Shown here: piece by piece, positions 39,201 through 50,270 of the stretch
How the letters are laid out: every line of letters starts with the position of its first letter
Position numbering within the stretch: position 1 is the first letter of the stretch
Assembly (NCBI GenBank): GCA_965112155.1
Contig: OZ218109.1
Strand: one strand, 5' to 3'
Length of the DNA: 64,000 nt
Source: Podarcis liolepis
Lineage: Eukaryota
Position numbers and translations under genes: made by a program
Notes under the pieces: generated by a model
What the model saw: the letters and a program-made list of their open reading frames with translations, nothing else
The model's database searches: none
Told to the model about the DNA's origin: nothing

Positions 39201-39691
39201 ATACTAAATCAAGGTGAAGTTTATGGAAAAAACCCCAAGAAGTGGGGGGTTCTAATGCCTCATTCCTGCTGGGATTTTCCTATTATAAATCTGCTGTCAG
39301 AAATGAGTGTTTCGCTTGTGGCTTAATTTTATGCAGGCCCAAACACCTTGGCTCAACACGTTCTGCCAGAGACCGTCTTGACTGTCTTAATGCGACAGGG
39401 TCCTCATTAGCTGCGACACGGGAAGAAGGGAACGGTACACACACTCTTTTGTCGCTGCCCATTGCTTCATGAGCAGCCCAATGCAAACTGAAGGAGGACG
39501 TAAATTTGCAAGGTGGCATGCGCGCAGCGGTGAACATTGAAAGAGCATTACTCGCATGAATTAGCCAACTCAGAGCAATTTCATCCGCCCCCCCCCCCCC
39601 GTTTTGAGCTGAAAGTTCTCAATGGCTCAGCACTAACGTTTACTGAAACTAAAGCATCTTGCTGAAACCATTCAAAGGACAGTGTACCTAT

Positions 39692-39696
<5 letters not shown>

Positions 39697-39743
<47 letters not shown>
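39697..39743. repeat. (CT)n microsatellite
   Basis: Seen directly. Confidence 0.95.
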
Positions 39744-39745
<2 letters not shown>

Positions 39746-40354
39746 CTACTCCGTTACACACAAGTCTCAAACAGAAGCTGCGCTCGTATTTCCTAGAGTT
39801 ATAGAGACACTCTATATTCATGGGCTGAATCGGACAGCCTCCTTTTGCACTGTGCTTCTTGCTTTGTTGTGTGACTTTGAGATCACCATTCCTTCTCTAT
39901 GAGTCAGTTCCAAGAGAAATGCTTCCAGACTCCAGTGCTAAATGCTAGCGGGCAGGAACACATTCATGTACTACAAAGCAGTCATACAAGCTCAGGGCCC
40001 GTCGGATGCTTAGTCTAAAGTGTGAGGTGCAAGAGAGCTCGAAGCCGTGCCCTCTGCCCTGGAAGCTTCCACCCTTTGACTCAGATGACTGTGAGGGCTG
40101 TCCACAGCTCTGGGAAGGGCACCACACACACGTGCTCAAAAGCATCCCCATCAGCATTCCCGGGTCTAAAAGTCTGCTGCCCTAAGATGCATCCGTTTGC
40201 ACAACTGATTCTTTAAGTGGGGAAAAGCTTCAATCGCCAAGCCGCGCGTCCCAAGTTGTCTGGAAAAGCAAGGGCAAACGCGACTCAGCGCAGATAGGGG
40301 TAAAAGCAGAGATCTCCTGATAATGACCGCTCCCCGCTTAAACGGGGGGCGCCC

Positions 40355-41181
40355 TTTGCGTGGACGCGTGCAGCCCCTAGATCTGGAGCGGCTCCTACAG
40401 CATAGGCTTGGCTTTGCCTTCCCTCAGGTGGGATACCTGGAGGTCTCCGCCTACCTCAGTCAGCTGTCCAATCCCACCTGGGGGAAGCGTTGCCAAGGAG
40501 ACCAGGCCAGGTAGGGGAGGGATTACCTGCCCACACAATAGAGGGAGGATCTTACCTAAGAATCCTCACTTGGCTCCAGAGCTTCTCCCACCCTACCCAC
40601 CCTTAGTTAATGTCTTATTTTGCAGGTTAACTTTTCTTCACAGGTTTTGCAGGTTAACTTTTCTTCACAGGTATGCGGGCGCTGCTACGTTAAGGTCGCT
40701 GTTAAAGGGCCGGAAAGGAATTTCCCTGCATTGGCAGGTTTCGCCTTTCCCGTAGCAAAACGTCACAACTTTGGCGGTATCAGGCCTTGGGCGGAATCCT
40801 TTTGTCCATCTTCCTCTTGCGACGGCGATACCAGGGTTCCCCGTTAAAGGGGTTTTATGAAGGGAGGCTTTGGCTGTACACCGAAAGGTCGTCATTGCTC
40901 TCTCCTGTGGCGGCAGCGTTACGGGGGCGGCCATCTCTGCTTGAACATATGTTCTCCAGAGCTGGCCCATCCCCCCCCCACACTGGATAACCCTGATGCT
41001 CCCTAGGTCCCCGGCCGGGGACCGGGGAGGGAGAACGCCCAATGCCTGAGCCAAGGTCTGCCCACATTTGAAATTTAATAAAGTTGTGGCCAATTTAATC
41101 CCATAGCACGTTGTCTTGAGTCGTTATTCCACGTGACGGGGGGACCGTGCAGGATCTGGGGACTCCGCCTGTCCACGCAAA
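40355..41181 (+). mobile_element. CpG-rich non-coding element with inverted termini; probable DIRS/Ngaro-like (tyrosine-recombinase retrotransposon) terminal-repeat remnant
   Basis: Ends TTTGCGTGGAC / GTCCACGCAAA with imperfect inverted similarity over ~41 bp; no TSD seen; internal cccaccctacccaccct and AATAAAGTTGTGGCC. Classification rests on recalled resemblance only. Confidence 0.55.
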
Positions 41182-41609
41182 TAAATAGCCAGGTTTCCTA
41201 TATTCTCTATGTGTATTGTCCCCTGTGTTGATTGTGTGACGACAGCTACGATGACTAGTGAACGAATGGCATGGTGATTGGTGGAGTTGGAAACATGACA
41301 AAATATTGTATGATCCTGAAGCTGATGAGTTTTGGCCCCTCTTATTTTGGGTTTAAAACTTGGGCCGTTGAAAACCATCCAGCTGGTTCTAGGAAGCATT
41401 TGGCCTGACAACAGTCCTCCATCTTTGTGTTCCGCCAATTGGCACGTGCTGATTGGCATTGCAACAAAAGGCACGTGGGCACTGAGCTGATTGGCCGTCA
41501 AATACATCTGGTAAGAGTTTGAGAAAATGCTACATCTTGGAGTACAGGGTCTGAGGTCAAGAGCACAATGATGTGAGAATTCTCAGGTTTATGTAAGTTC
41601 AGGCACGCA

Positions 41610-42030
41610 GGGCTGTCGTTCAGTGGTAGTACATCTGCTTTGCATGCAGAAGGTCCCAGATTCAATCCCTAGCATCTCCAGGTAGGGCTGGGAGAGACTG
41701 TCTTGCCTGATATTACGGAGAGCTGCTGCCAGTCAGTACAGTGGTACCTCGGGTTACATACGCTTCAGGTTACATACGCTTCAGGTTACACACTCCGCTA
41801 ACCCAGAAATAGTGCTTCAGGTTAAGAACTTTGCTTCAGGATAAGAACAGAAATTGTGCTCTAGTGGTGCAGCGGCAGCAGGATGCCCCATTAGCTATAG
41901 TGGTGCTTCAGGTTAAGAACAGTTACAGGTTAAGAACGGACCTCCGGAATGAATTAAGTACTTAACCCGAAGTACCACTGTATAGACAATTCTGAACTAG
42001 ATGGACAAATATTCTGCATCCCTTGTTCCT
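41610..42030 (+). mobile_element. Squam2-like tRNA-derived SINE interrupted by a MITE
   Basis: Head ttcagtggtagtacatctgctttgcatgcagaaggtcccagattcaatccc; the body resumes (tagacaattctgaactagatgg) after 41982. Confidence 0.75.
41739..41980. mobile_element. Tigger-like MITE family A nested in SINE
   Basis: TA-CAGTGGTACCTCGGGTTA ... GTACCACTG-TA. Confidence 0.9.
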
Positions 42031-44154
42031 ATAAGCATGTGGCGGCGATTAGTGCAAGGCTGGAGACTCTGCAGCACTTGGTCCTGATGTGGTTTCACGG
42101 CAACACATATTCAGCATTATTGAAATGGCATGTTGCTCATCCCTAGTGCCTCACCACTACCCAAGTCTCAGTGAATGCTGTGTAAGTAATGTGAAGTGCC
42201 TAACCTTGAGGTTTTATTACAACCAAGTGACATAAATGCTGTGAAATATGAATAATAAATAACAATGGACCCCTAATGAAAGGACAGGATGCTGACAACC
42301 GTCTGATGCACTGATATGCATAACTGCAGCCCCATTAAAAAGAACGTTCTAGGCTGGTGGCTGGTGACTCCTGAGCAGGTGGAAGCATAGGAGGGCTTCC
42401 TGTTTCTGGAAGGCTTCCTGTTTCTCTGCTCAAGCAATTAGGTTTATCTGAGTTTCTTTATAAAGACAATCTGTGCCTGATCAGCTTTAATAGGTTTATT
42501 TGCATTTTCAGCTCAGGGATTTAATGAACACTTTAAAAACATTTCTAGAAGAAAGGTATATGGCTGGTCTAAGCTGGCGATAGCCAAAGGATGCTGAACG
42601 TGGAGACTTGCTGCAACCAAGCAAAATTCACTTGGGTCAAGGAAAATTCGTTTCTGGGATTAGACAGATTCCTTCCATAACAAATACAGACTGCCCTCCA
42701 TGTTTAATTAGTAGGAAAATAATTATATTGCAGCATTATCCCAAACGGAATAGTTGGACCAGTACAACAACTTGTAGCCAGGGAGGCCGTGAAGATGGCT
42801 TTGCCAGCCCCAGGGCATCATGAGATGCCAGAAGAAAAAATCATAAACAAAAAGTTCAGAGGCATTTCCCTTTGCCATTTGGCTGCGATACTCCATCATT
42901 TGTCACAAAATGGAAAAATAAGACCTGCCTTTCTAGGGCAGTGGCTGAGTGCAATGAAAACAACGCTGACTTGCAAACACAAAATCAGCGCTCAGTGGTG
43001 AAGCTAAAAAACCAAGAGATGGAAATGAGAAATACTACACCAGGAGGCCTGAGAATCCACAAGCCAGAAATAGCACATACGGTAACCTTTAGAGAGTAAT
43101 GTTTAGCAAATTTAACTTTGTGAGAGACTGAACAAGGCAGCGCATGGCAAATGTTTCAGTAAACTGTTTGCAAATAGACTGGCTTGTTTTGCACTCTGCA
43201 TCCAGAGATCCCAAATATTGCATTGGGGAAACAAATTCTGCACTCAGAGGAAATTGTGGAAATTTATGAACTATATGTAAACATGGTTTGGGGGGTTGTT
43301 TGTTTTGTTTTTGCATAAATATGTTCCACCTTGCAACTTCATTCTGAAGTACTTGGGGTTTTTTATACAGGCTTTGGGGTGGTGCCAGATAGGGTTGGGG
43401 AAGAAAGTGGTTTCAGTTCACATTGAAAGGCAAACTTACCTTATTTGCACTTTCCAAAACAATATGTGAAACAAAACACAGCCACCCTTCAAAATGTGGA
43501 CTTCTTTGAATTTCACAGTGTATTTATCTAGCCCCGTGATGTGTGCCAAAATGCATATACTAGGGTAAGGTGTGCATAAGAATGAGCTATCTCTCTGCTT
43601 GAAGCTCTGGATCGCATCAAGACTTAGTTTTACTTAGAATAAATCCATGGAAATCCTTGGAACTTCAGTTAATCATGATAAGTCCCATTGAGTTCAGTGG
43701 ATCTACCCGAAGCATGTCTACAACTGCAATCCTACCTCTCCTTACTAGAAGTAAGCCCCACTTCAGTGGGATTTACTACTGAGAAGACATTATTAGAACT
43801 GCACTGTTAGTCTAGATCCAGCCATATATATTCTCAACTGTTTCCTGAATTTCCCACAGAGCACACCTGAGATAGCACGGCTCCAAGAGCATTATGGGAA
43901 CTGTGGGGTCTGTTTTTTAAATGTCCCATTTTATCACTGAGGGTAACGTAGAGGCGCATCGTATATGTACCAGCCTGAATTTTGTGCAGATAAAAATATA
44001 ATAAATAGCACCGTGTCTCAGGTCAACCAAGATGATGAAGGTCTTTAGAATGGGTGTGTTGGCCACCAGATGGGTTTAACTTGGGGCCCAAATTGAGATT
44101 CCAGGCTGCACTGAGCTGGAGGCTTCCATGAGGCCTGTATTTATCTTGAAGATG

Positions 44155-44390
44155 GAGACCCAGTGAAGCGTACTGGTTAGGCTGTTAAAGCAGGACCTGG
44201 GAGACCAGGGTTCAAATTCCCATTCAGCCATGAAGCTCAGCAGGTGACCTTAAGCCAGTCACACTCTCCTGGCCTAACCTACTTCCCAGGGTTGTTGTGA
44301 GGATAAAATGGGGGGGGGGGGAGAGAACTGAATATACCACTTTGAGCTTTATGGAGGAAACGTTGGATATAATTGTAATAATGAATAAAT
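44155..44390 (+). mobile_element. Older MIR/Ther1-like (Squam3-related) SINE
   Basis: B-box-like gggttcaaattccc, gtgacctt...ccagtcac, agggttgttgtgaggataaaatgg; similar copy at ~50572-50795. Confidence 0.7.
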
Positions 44391-45760
44391 GAAAAACCTC
44401 CCAAAAGACACTTGCTTTTGTGGAAGCTAAGGAGCACCCATTTTCTCCCTTCCCGCTTCTAGCCTTTGCAAAAGCCACTCTCTCCTAACTTTCCATGGCT
44501 TCTTGGTCTTGGAGCATGTAGCCAACTCCACTTTTGCCCTCCTAACCCATCAAACACAGCCCTAATTCACAGCGCAAGATCCATAGTTTGTTTCGATTTA
44601 CTAACATACCATTGTTTTAAAGGTGTGTTATTAATAAGGGAGGGGGATCATTTGTAATTATACAGATTGAAACATGGTGCTGTCAGTCTAATTCAGCATG
44701 GCTCTTGATACATAAAACCATACACAGGAGTTATGATCTCTTAACTAGCCTCAGAGGTGCAAATCCAAGGAGGTGTAAATCTCAAACTCCAGGGAGCAAC
44801 AGATGCCATAGCTGTTGAGCTGGTAGTGCATATATCAGCAATGAGGGGGGTCTGCTTTACATAAATCTTAGACGAATATTTAGCCGCTTAGTAAACTGGT
44901 TGAACAACGAGAGCGCAACTACATAAAAACGAAAACCACATGTCCCAATGAAAATACTTTTTTTATTTTTAACGGTGGGGGTTGGGGAGGGGGAAATAAC
45001 TGTAGCCCATGGTATGCATATCACCAGAAGAAGCAAGAAAACTGTTTTCAAGGAATTTATAAGAGGGATGTAATTTTGATAATTAATGTTCTTTCCCCTT
45101 TATGTTCTCATTTTTCTCCTGTAGTGTAACTGAATTGGAAGAGGGCATTTTAGTGCTGAAGTGATACTTATCTCAAATGTTAGGCTGGTGGGGACACAGT
45201 TAAAATTCAGATATAGTAAGTGGATTAAGGCAGTCTTACATTTTATGCCTTATGGGAAGCCATTGGTGTCATTCTGTTGTTGAAACAGGAAGCTGAATGG
45301 CAGACACATGTAACTGCGAACCTATGCATTTTCCGTGGAGGAACTTGATTGATTGGTAGCTCGCTTACATGTCCATGCTACATCCATGTCTTTTGTTCAC
45401 ACTTTATATGGTAGTAAGAGCAGCTGGTATGGTGAGTTGGTGATGTGGAGCCCCCCTCCTGACACTGGAATCACTGCCACTTACCTGGATGGGGAAGGAG
45501 GTGGCGAGATTGGGGCTGGCAGGAGCACTGGGTTGACTTGACTGGTGTGCTTGTGCAGCCCTGACCTTGCTAAGATCCTGCCCCATCCAGGTAAGGACAC
45601 CATATTAGCCACTTCCATGTGATAATGAAGTGTCATTATAACACCCATGATCAGCGCCAAGCCTAATTTGGCCCAGTTTGCATGTAATACGAAGCCAAAC
45701 CATGGTTTAGCACAAAGGAGCAATCGTGGGTTTCCTGAACAAAGAGCTTAGGAGGCCATT

Positions 45761-46337
45761 TGTTTGTTTGTTTTTATTTTATTAAAGATTTTCTTGATTT
45801 ACAAAAGTGTAGGCAATGTCTCTCTCTTGTATTCCCTCCCCCCCCCCATGTAACATTTTAACAAATCAGTTTCATTTGTTGAGACATTGGGAAGAAAAGG
45901 GGGAAAGAGGTGGAGGGGGGAAAGATGGGTGGGGTTGGGGTTGGGTGGCGATGTTTCTATTTTTCTTAATATATGTAGGGTTTAGTGTCAGCGTTGCTTG
46001 TGCAGGTTCTTTGCTGTTCACTTGTGTTCCTTTGGTGGTGAGAGAGGTTGGGGTTGGCCTAGGGTGTGGTTGTTCATTTGTGGTTGGCTGTGGCGGTCTT
46101 TGTTTTCATGTGTGAGTGGGGTGGGTGGGTGTTTTGGATCAGGTTAGCCATATTGATTTGTATGCTGCTGGTGGATTTTTGTTGTTGGGTTGTGTGTGTG
46201 ATAAAGGGGAGCCATACTGGGGTGAAGGCGTCTTCTTCCATTTGTCCCGTGTCAGTTTCAGTTTATTGGTTAACTTTTCTAGTAAGGCTGTTTCCCATAC
46301 TATTTGGTACCATTGGTCCATGCTTACTCCTGACAGG
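45761..46337 (-). mobile_element. L1-clade LINE 3' fragment, same family as 422-935
   Basis: Peptide MDQWYQIVWETALLEKLTNKLKL, A-rich tail (T-rich on + strand), long near-identity to 422-935. Confidence 0.78.
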
Positions 46338-46401
46338 CCCATTATTGACTTGTGTGAGTTCTATGAAATGTGTGTGGAATAATAGGAGCAGTTATAGGGT
46401 T

Positions 46402-46483
46402 ATAGAATCGCAGAATAATAGATTTGTGGAGTTGGAAGGGATCCCGAGGGTCATCTAATCCAGCCCTCTGCAATGCGGGAATC
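46402..46483 (-). mobile_element. CR1 3' terminal fragment
   Basis: tagaatcgcagaat...gagttggaagggatcccgagggtcatctaatccagccc. Confidence 0.65.
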
Positions 46484-47771
46484 TAAAGTTTCCATGACCA
46501 TCCAGAAATCTTTGTGGGTAACTCCCAACATATTGCAATAGATTGCACTGGAATAAGCTGCAACTTCTAAAGGTTGGTGGCAATTTAGAAAGCAGTAGAG
46601 GAAGTTGGTTTCTTCTTTTAGAGATGAAAACCTGGTTATAAATCCATCGCTTTGAAATGAAAGGCAGACAGGTCTCTTAGAAGGATCTCTAGCATGTAGC
46701 TTAAATAGGAGCATTGTTCTGGCCACCAGGGACCCTCTCCATTTTGAACTGAAACATATTAAGGATTACTTAAAGCCAACTGATGGATAGTATATGCAGA
46801 TATGGGAGACTCTTGGTAATGACTCAAAATCAAGTTATAAAAGAAGGTCTATTACCAATGCACACAAATATGCTTCACTTATGAGATCCAATCCCCATGG
46901 AAAATCGCAGCAGGGAGAGAAATAGTTCACGTGCCATGAAAAATATATGCATTTCAGACCTTCAACAAATTAGAACAATGGTCACAAGTTTGCTAACTTG
47001 AAAAAGCCAATCACATTAGATAAATGATTGCCAAGCAAGTAGATGGAAATGACTTTGGAATCCCCACCCCCTGCAAAAAAAAAACCCCCAAACAGATTGT
47101 GTACAAACTATACATCAAAATCAACTCAGACTTTCCTCTTGCAAACCTGCTTGGAAATAAGTTCTAATGAACCAGAAGACTTTCTGTCAGATAAAGGAGG
47201 TAATTTCTTTTAGGAGGTAATTTAATTATTGTTTGATACTAATGTTATGTATCTGATGTTAGCTGTCCTGAGCCCGACTTCGGCCGGGGAAGGTGGGATA
47301 TAAATAAAAGTTTTTTATTATTATTAAAAGTACTAATATTATTATTAATAGCAATACCTTCATTTTCAGTATGCAAATGACTTTAATCTATTTGACAGGA
47401 AGTATATCATCATACGATGTTGCCACAGCTTAGTAGACCAACGGATGTGAATATGGTGAGGGCAAAGGCCTTCCATGGCCCTCCCTTCCATACACACATG
47501 TTCTGGATATGTGTGGAAAGTCAGGCCCGATTCTTGTGTTAACTGGTCACATGGTTGAGACCTGCAGCTCAGTGCTAACCTATGCATTCACTGCTTGCGA
47601 GAATTTCCTGCTTTTATAGCTACTATCCACACTACTGCCATGCATGCATGCAAGAAGGCTCTGAGTTATATATGAACATATGATGTTGCTGGCTGTAGAA
47701 TCAGAGTTTTGGTCCATCTGCACCAGTACTCTCTCTACTTAGGCCACCCAGTGTCCACCCACCCAGTAGAC

Positions 47772-47908
47772 CAGGCATAGGCAAACTTGGCTCTCCAGAC
47801 GTTTTGGGGACTACAACTCCCATCATCCCTAGCTAACAGGACCAGTGGTCAGGGATGATGGGAATTGTAGTCTCAAAACATCTGGAGGGCCGAGTTTGCC
47901 TATGCCTG
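47772..47908. mobile_element. Palindromic hAT MITE, same family as 33063-33198
   Basis: TIR CAGGCATAGGCAAACT; perfect 8-bp TSD CAGTAGAC. Confidence 0.93.
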
Positions 47909-50180
47909 CAGTAGACTTTCAATTTGTGATTGTTTTGAACTGGGCACATCAGGGCATTGTTTTGAACCTGGCATCTCCCACACGGAAAGCAATCCTGCTC
48001 CCCTCCCAAGCTGTGCCCTATGGGTGCTTCTAGCTGGTCAGTTTGATTTCTGCGGCTTTTTCTCATGTTGGGTGTTTTTCATCACCCTCGAGGAGCTGTA
48101 CATTGACCTGGATGTTCAGGCCCTTTGTAGCTTAAGGCAAACACACCGCGACACAAATGACAGGAAAAGGAAGACTCCATGAGTGGGGTTTGGGAGAAGG
48201 AGAAGCAGGAGTGGAGAGATTTGCATAGGTCAAGAAAGGCCAGTGAAACATCTGTTAGTGGTAGCTGACATGTGTCAATTTTCAGCGCTCATTAAATTCG
48301 TATTAATGCTGAACTGTTCTTAAAGCTCCCAAATGCATCTCATGGCTGCCGCGTTCTCCAAATCGAGTGGTGATGACTTTTCAGAACTGTGCCATGCCTG
48401 TTTGCTTGCCAGTGGCATCTGACCTGGGGGTCAGGATTCTATTTAACCCTTCCTTGTAGGTCAAAAGACAAATTAATCTGGTGAGAATTGAATTGGAAAT
48501 GAGGTGTTTAAATAACAGGTGTCCCATTAGTAGAGTAGCTGCCAAGCTGAAACGCGTATGCCTTTCTCTCCCCCTGCTGCTCCGCTTTGCTGGCTGCAAA
48601 GATGTCTCTGGGGAGAACAAGTCAAGCTTAAGTCATCCGAGATGGAAAGTTGCTGCAGGGAAGAGAATGGAACAGGTGACTAGCTCAAGAATATCTTGCA
48701 GATTTATGGCAGCCAACGTCTCTCATGCTTCTGCTTCAGCATATTTGCAAGCTATTTTTCTGGACTTTGGTGGGCAAATAACCGAACAAATGCAAGGACC
48801 ACACTTGCCTCCAGAAAGCCTAGACGCACCCAAGAGCTCACACACAGAATTAATGAACTAACCCAGTGCGCGTCCACTCCAAATCAGATCATGCGTAGTT
48901 CACGGGAGTTTACTCCTTAAGTAAGTAGGATTGCGGCCTTAGGGTTATTTTCTTTGAACAGCAGACCACCATGCCGGCACACATCACAAACGGATTTTCT
49001 AACTTTGCAGAGCTTCAAAAATAATTTGCTGTGATGTGGCCTGGTGGGCTGTTGTTTGAGCAGTGTGACTCCAGAGACTCAACTGGGCATGAATAGGTAA
49101 TTGTATAAGACACTCCAGAGTTTTTCATAGGGCTCTTTTTCCTTTAGAGTTGGCTCACTCATGAGAATTCCATTGTCCTGCCCAAACCATTGCGTTTCTT
49201 TGTCTTCCCTGTTGTAGCCCCATTCCCCAGCACCCAGAGCTGGTTTGCCGCCGTTTTTGAGTTTGCAGTGCAAGTGAACTGATTGTAGTCTCACCTGATT
49301 TAGAGGTGTGGTTTTTACAGAGTATGGAAGGGTTCCATTGCTTATATTACTTTCCAATGTGAAGGTGCTGCTGGTAACCAAGAGGAGGAGAGGGAGGCAG
49401 CAGGGAGGTTGGCACAGTGTGGGTGCAGCAGCAGAGCCAATCATATGCTCCTGCCACTGCACTTGCACTGCACTGACCTTCCTGCCACCTCCCCTGCTTT
49501 CGGTTATTGACACTGACCTCCATGTTAGGAAGCCTGGTAAAACAATGCAACTCCCCCCTGCCAGCCACTGCTGTTACTGAGTAGGGCTAGGTGACAGCAC
49601 TTTTGCATGGTTTCACTAAGCCTTTCCCATCCCTGTTCCTCATAAAATCTATTTAAAAACAAGTTCTGTTTTAATGCATATTTTAAAGTATATCTAACAA
49701 ACGATTCCATTAAAAACAGCAAGCTTAAAACATACAATACGAATCTCAATAGGACAGCCGGCTAATAAAATTTAGCAAAACCCCAGCATAAACCCCAGCA
49801 ACAGCTTATGCAAGAAAAGCTTTCAATTAAAAGCCAAAATGAGTTTTTAAAACGTTCTTAAAAGCACGAACCAAAGGAGGGAGCCATTTCTCTGCTAAAA
49901 AGGAATTTCATAGGGTAGGAAACACCACTGAGAAGTCCCTATTCACGATAAAAAGTAGGAAAAAAACAGATAAATGAAATTTGAACGAGTGATACTTGTA
50001 GTCAAAGAGTTGTGAATAAAAGCACTATCTGCATTTTCTGCAGAATCAAATAATGCTACACTTTTGCTGTTGCTTGTCCATTTGTCTATTGTACAAAAGT
50101 AGCATTGAAGAAAACCTTGGTATATCCTGGAATTCTTAATTTTCACAATTTCTCCTCCTTTCTTTTCTCTTTCTCTTTAG

Positions 50181-50270
50181 AGGATGAAGACGATGAAGAA
50201 TTGGTTGAACCAAAAGCACAGAATGACTCTGAGATAGAAACTCAAGAAAAGAAGCAAGACGTGAAGGAAG
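50181..50270 (+). CDS. DYNC1I1: Cytoplasmic dynein 1 intermediate chain 1, internal coding exon (90 nt, phase 1-1; probably orthologue of human exon 7)
   Basis: Long polypyrimidine tract ending ttctctttag, donor GAAG|gtatgt. Translates (E)DEDDEELVEPKAQNDSEIETQEKKQDVKE, resembling the acidic linker of DYNC1I1, and joins in frame to the next exon (GAA G|CT). Confidence 0.92.

Larger units (their letters stand above)
1..50180 (+). other. DYNC1I1: Very long DYNC1I1 intron (upstream exon lies outside the window)
   Basis: No recognisable upstream dynein IC exon (e.g. the KETQT light-chain motif exon) was seen. The region is repeat-rich non-coding DNA ending in a strong acceptor at 50180. Confidence 0.75.

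Noticed and set aside
41320-41380. CTGATGAG followed by a hairpin (possible hammerhead)
   Set aside because: The stem is not directly followed by GAAA and no stem I/III pairing was found.
40408-41507. Cluster of overlapping ORFs (115-142 aa) in the GC-rich element
   Set aside because: Expected from high GC content; no RT, gag, tyrosine-recombinase or other motif recognised.
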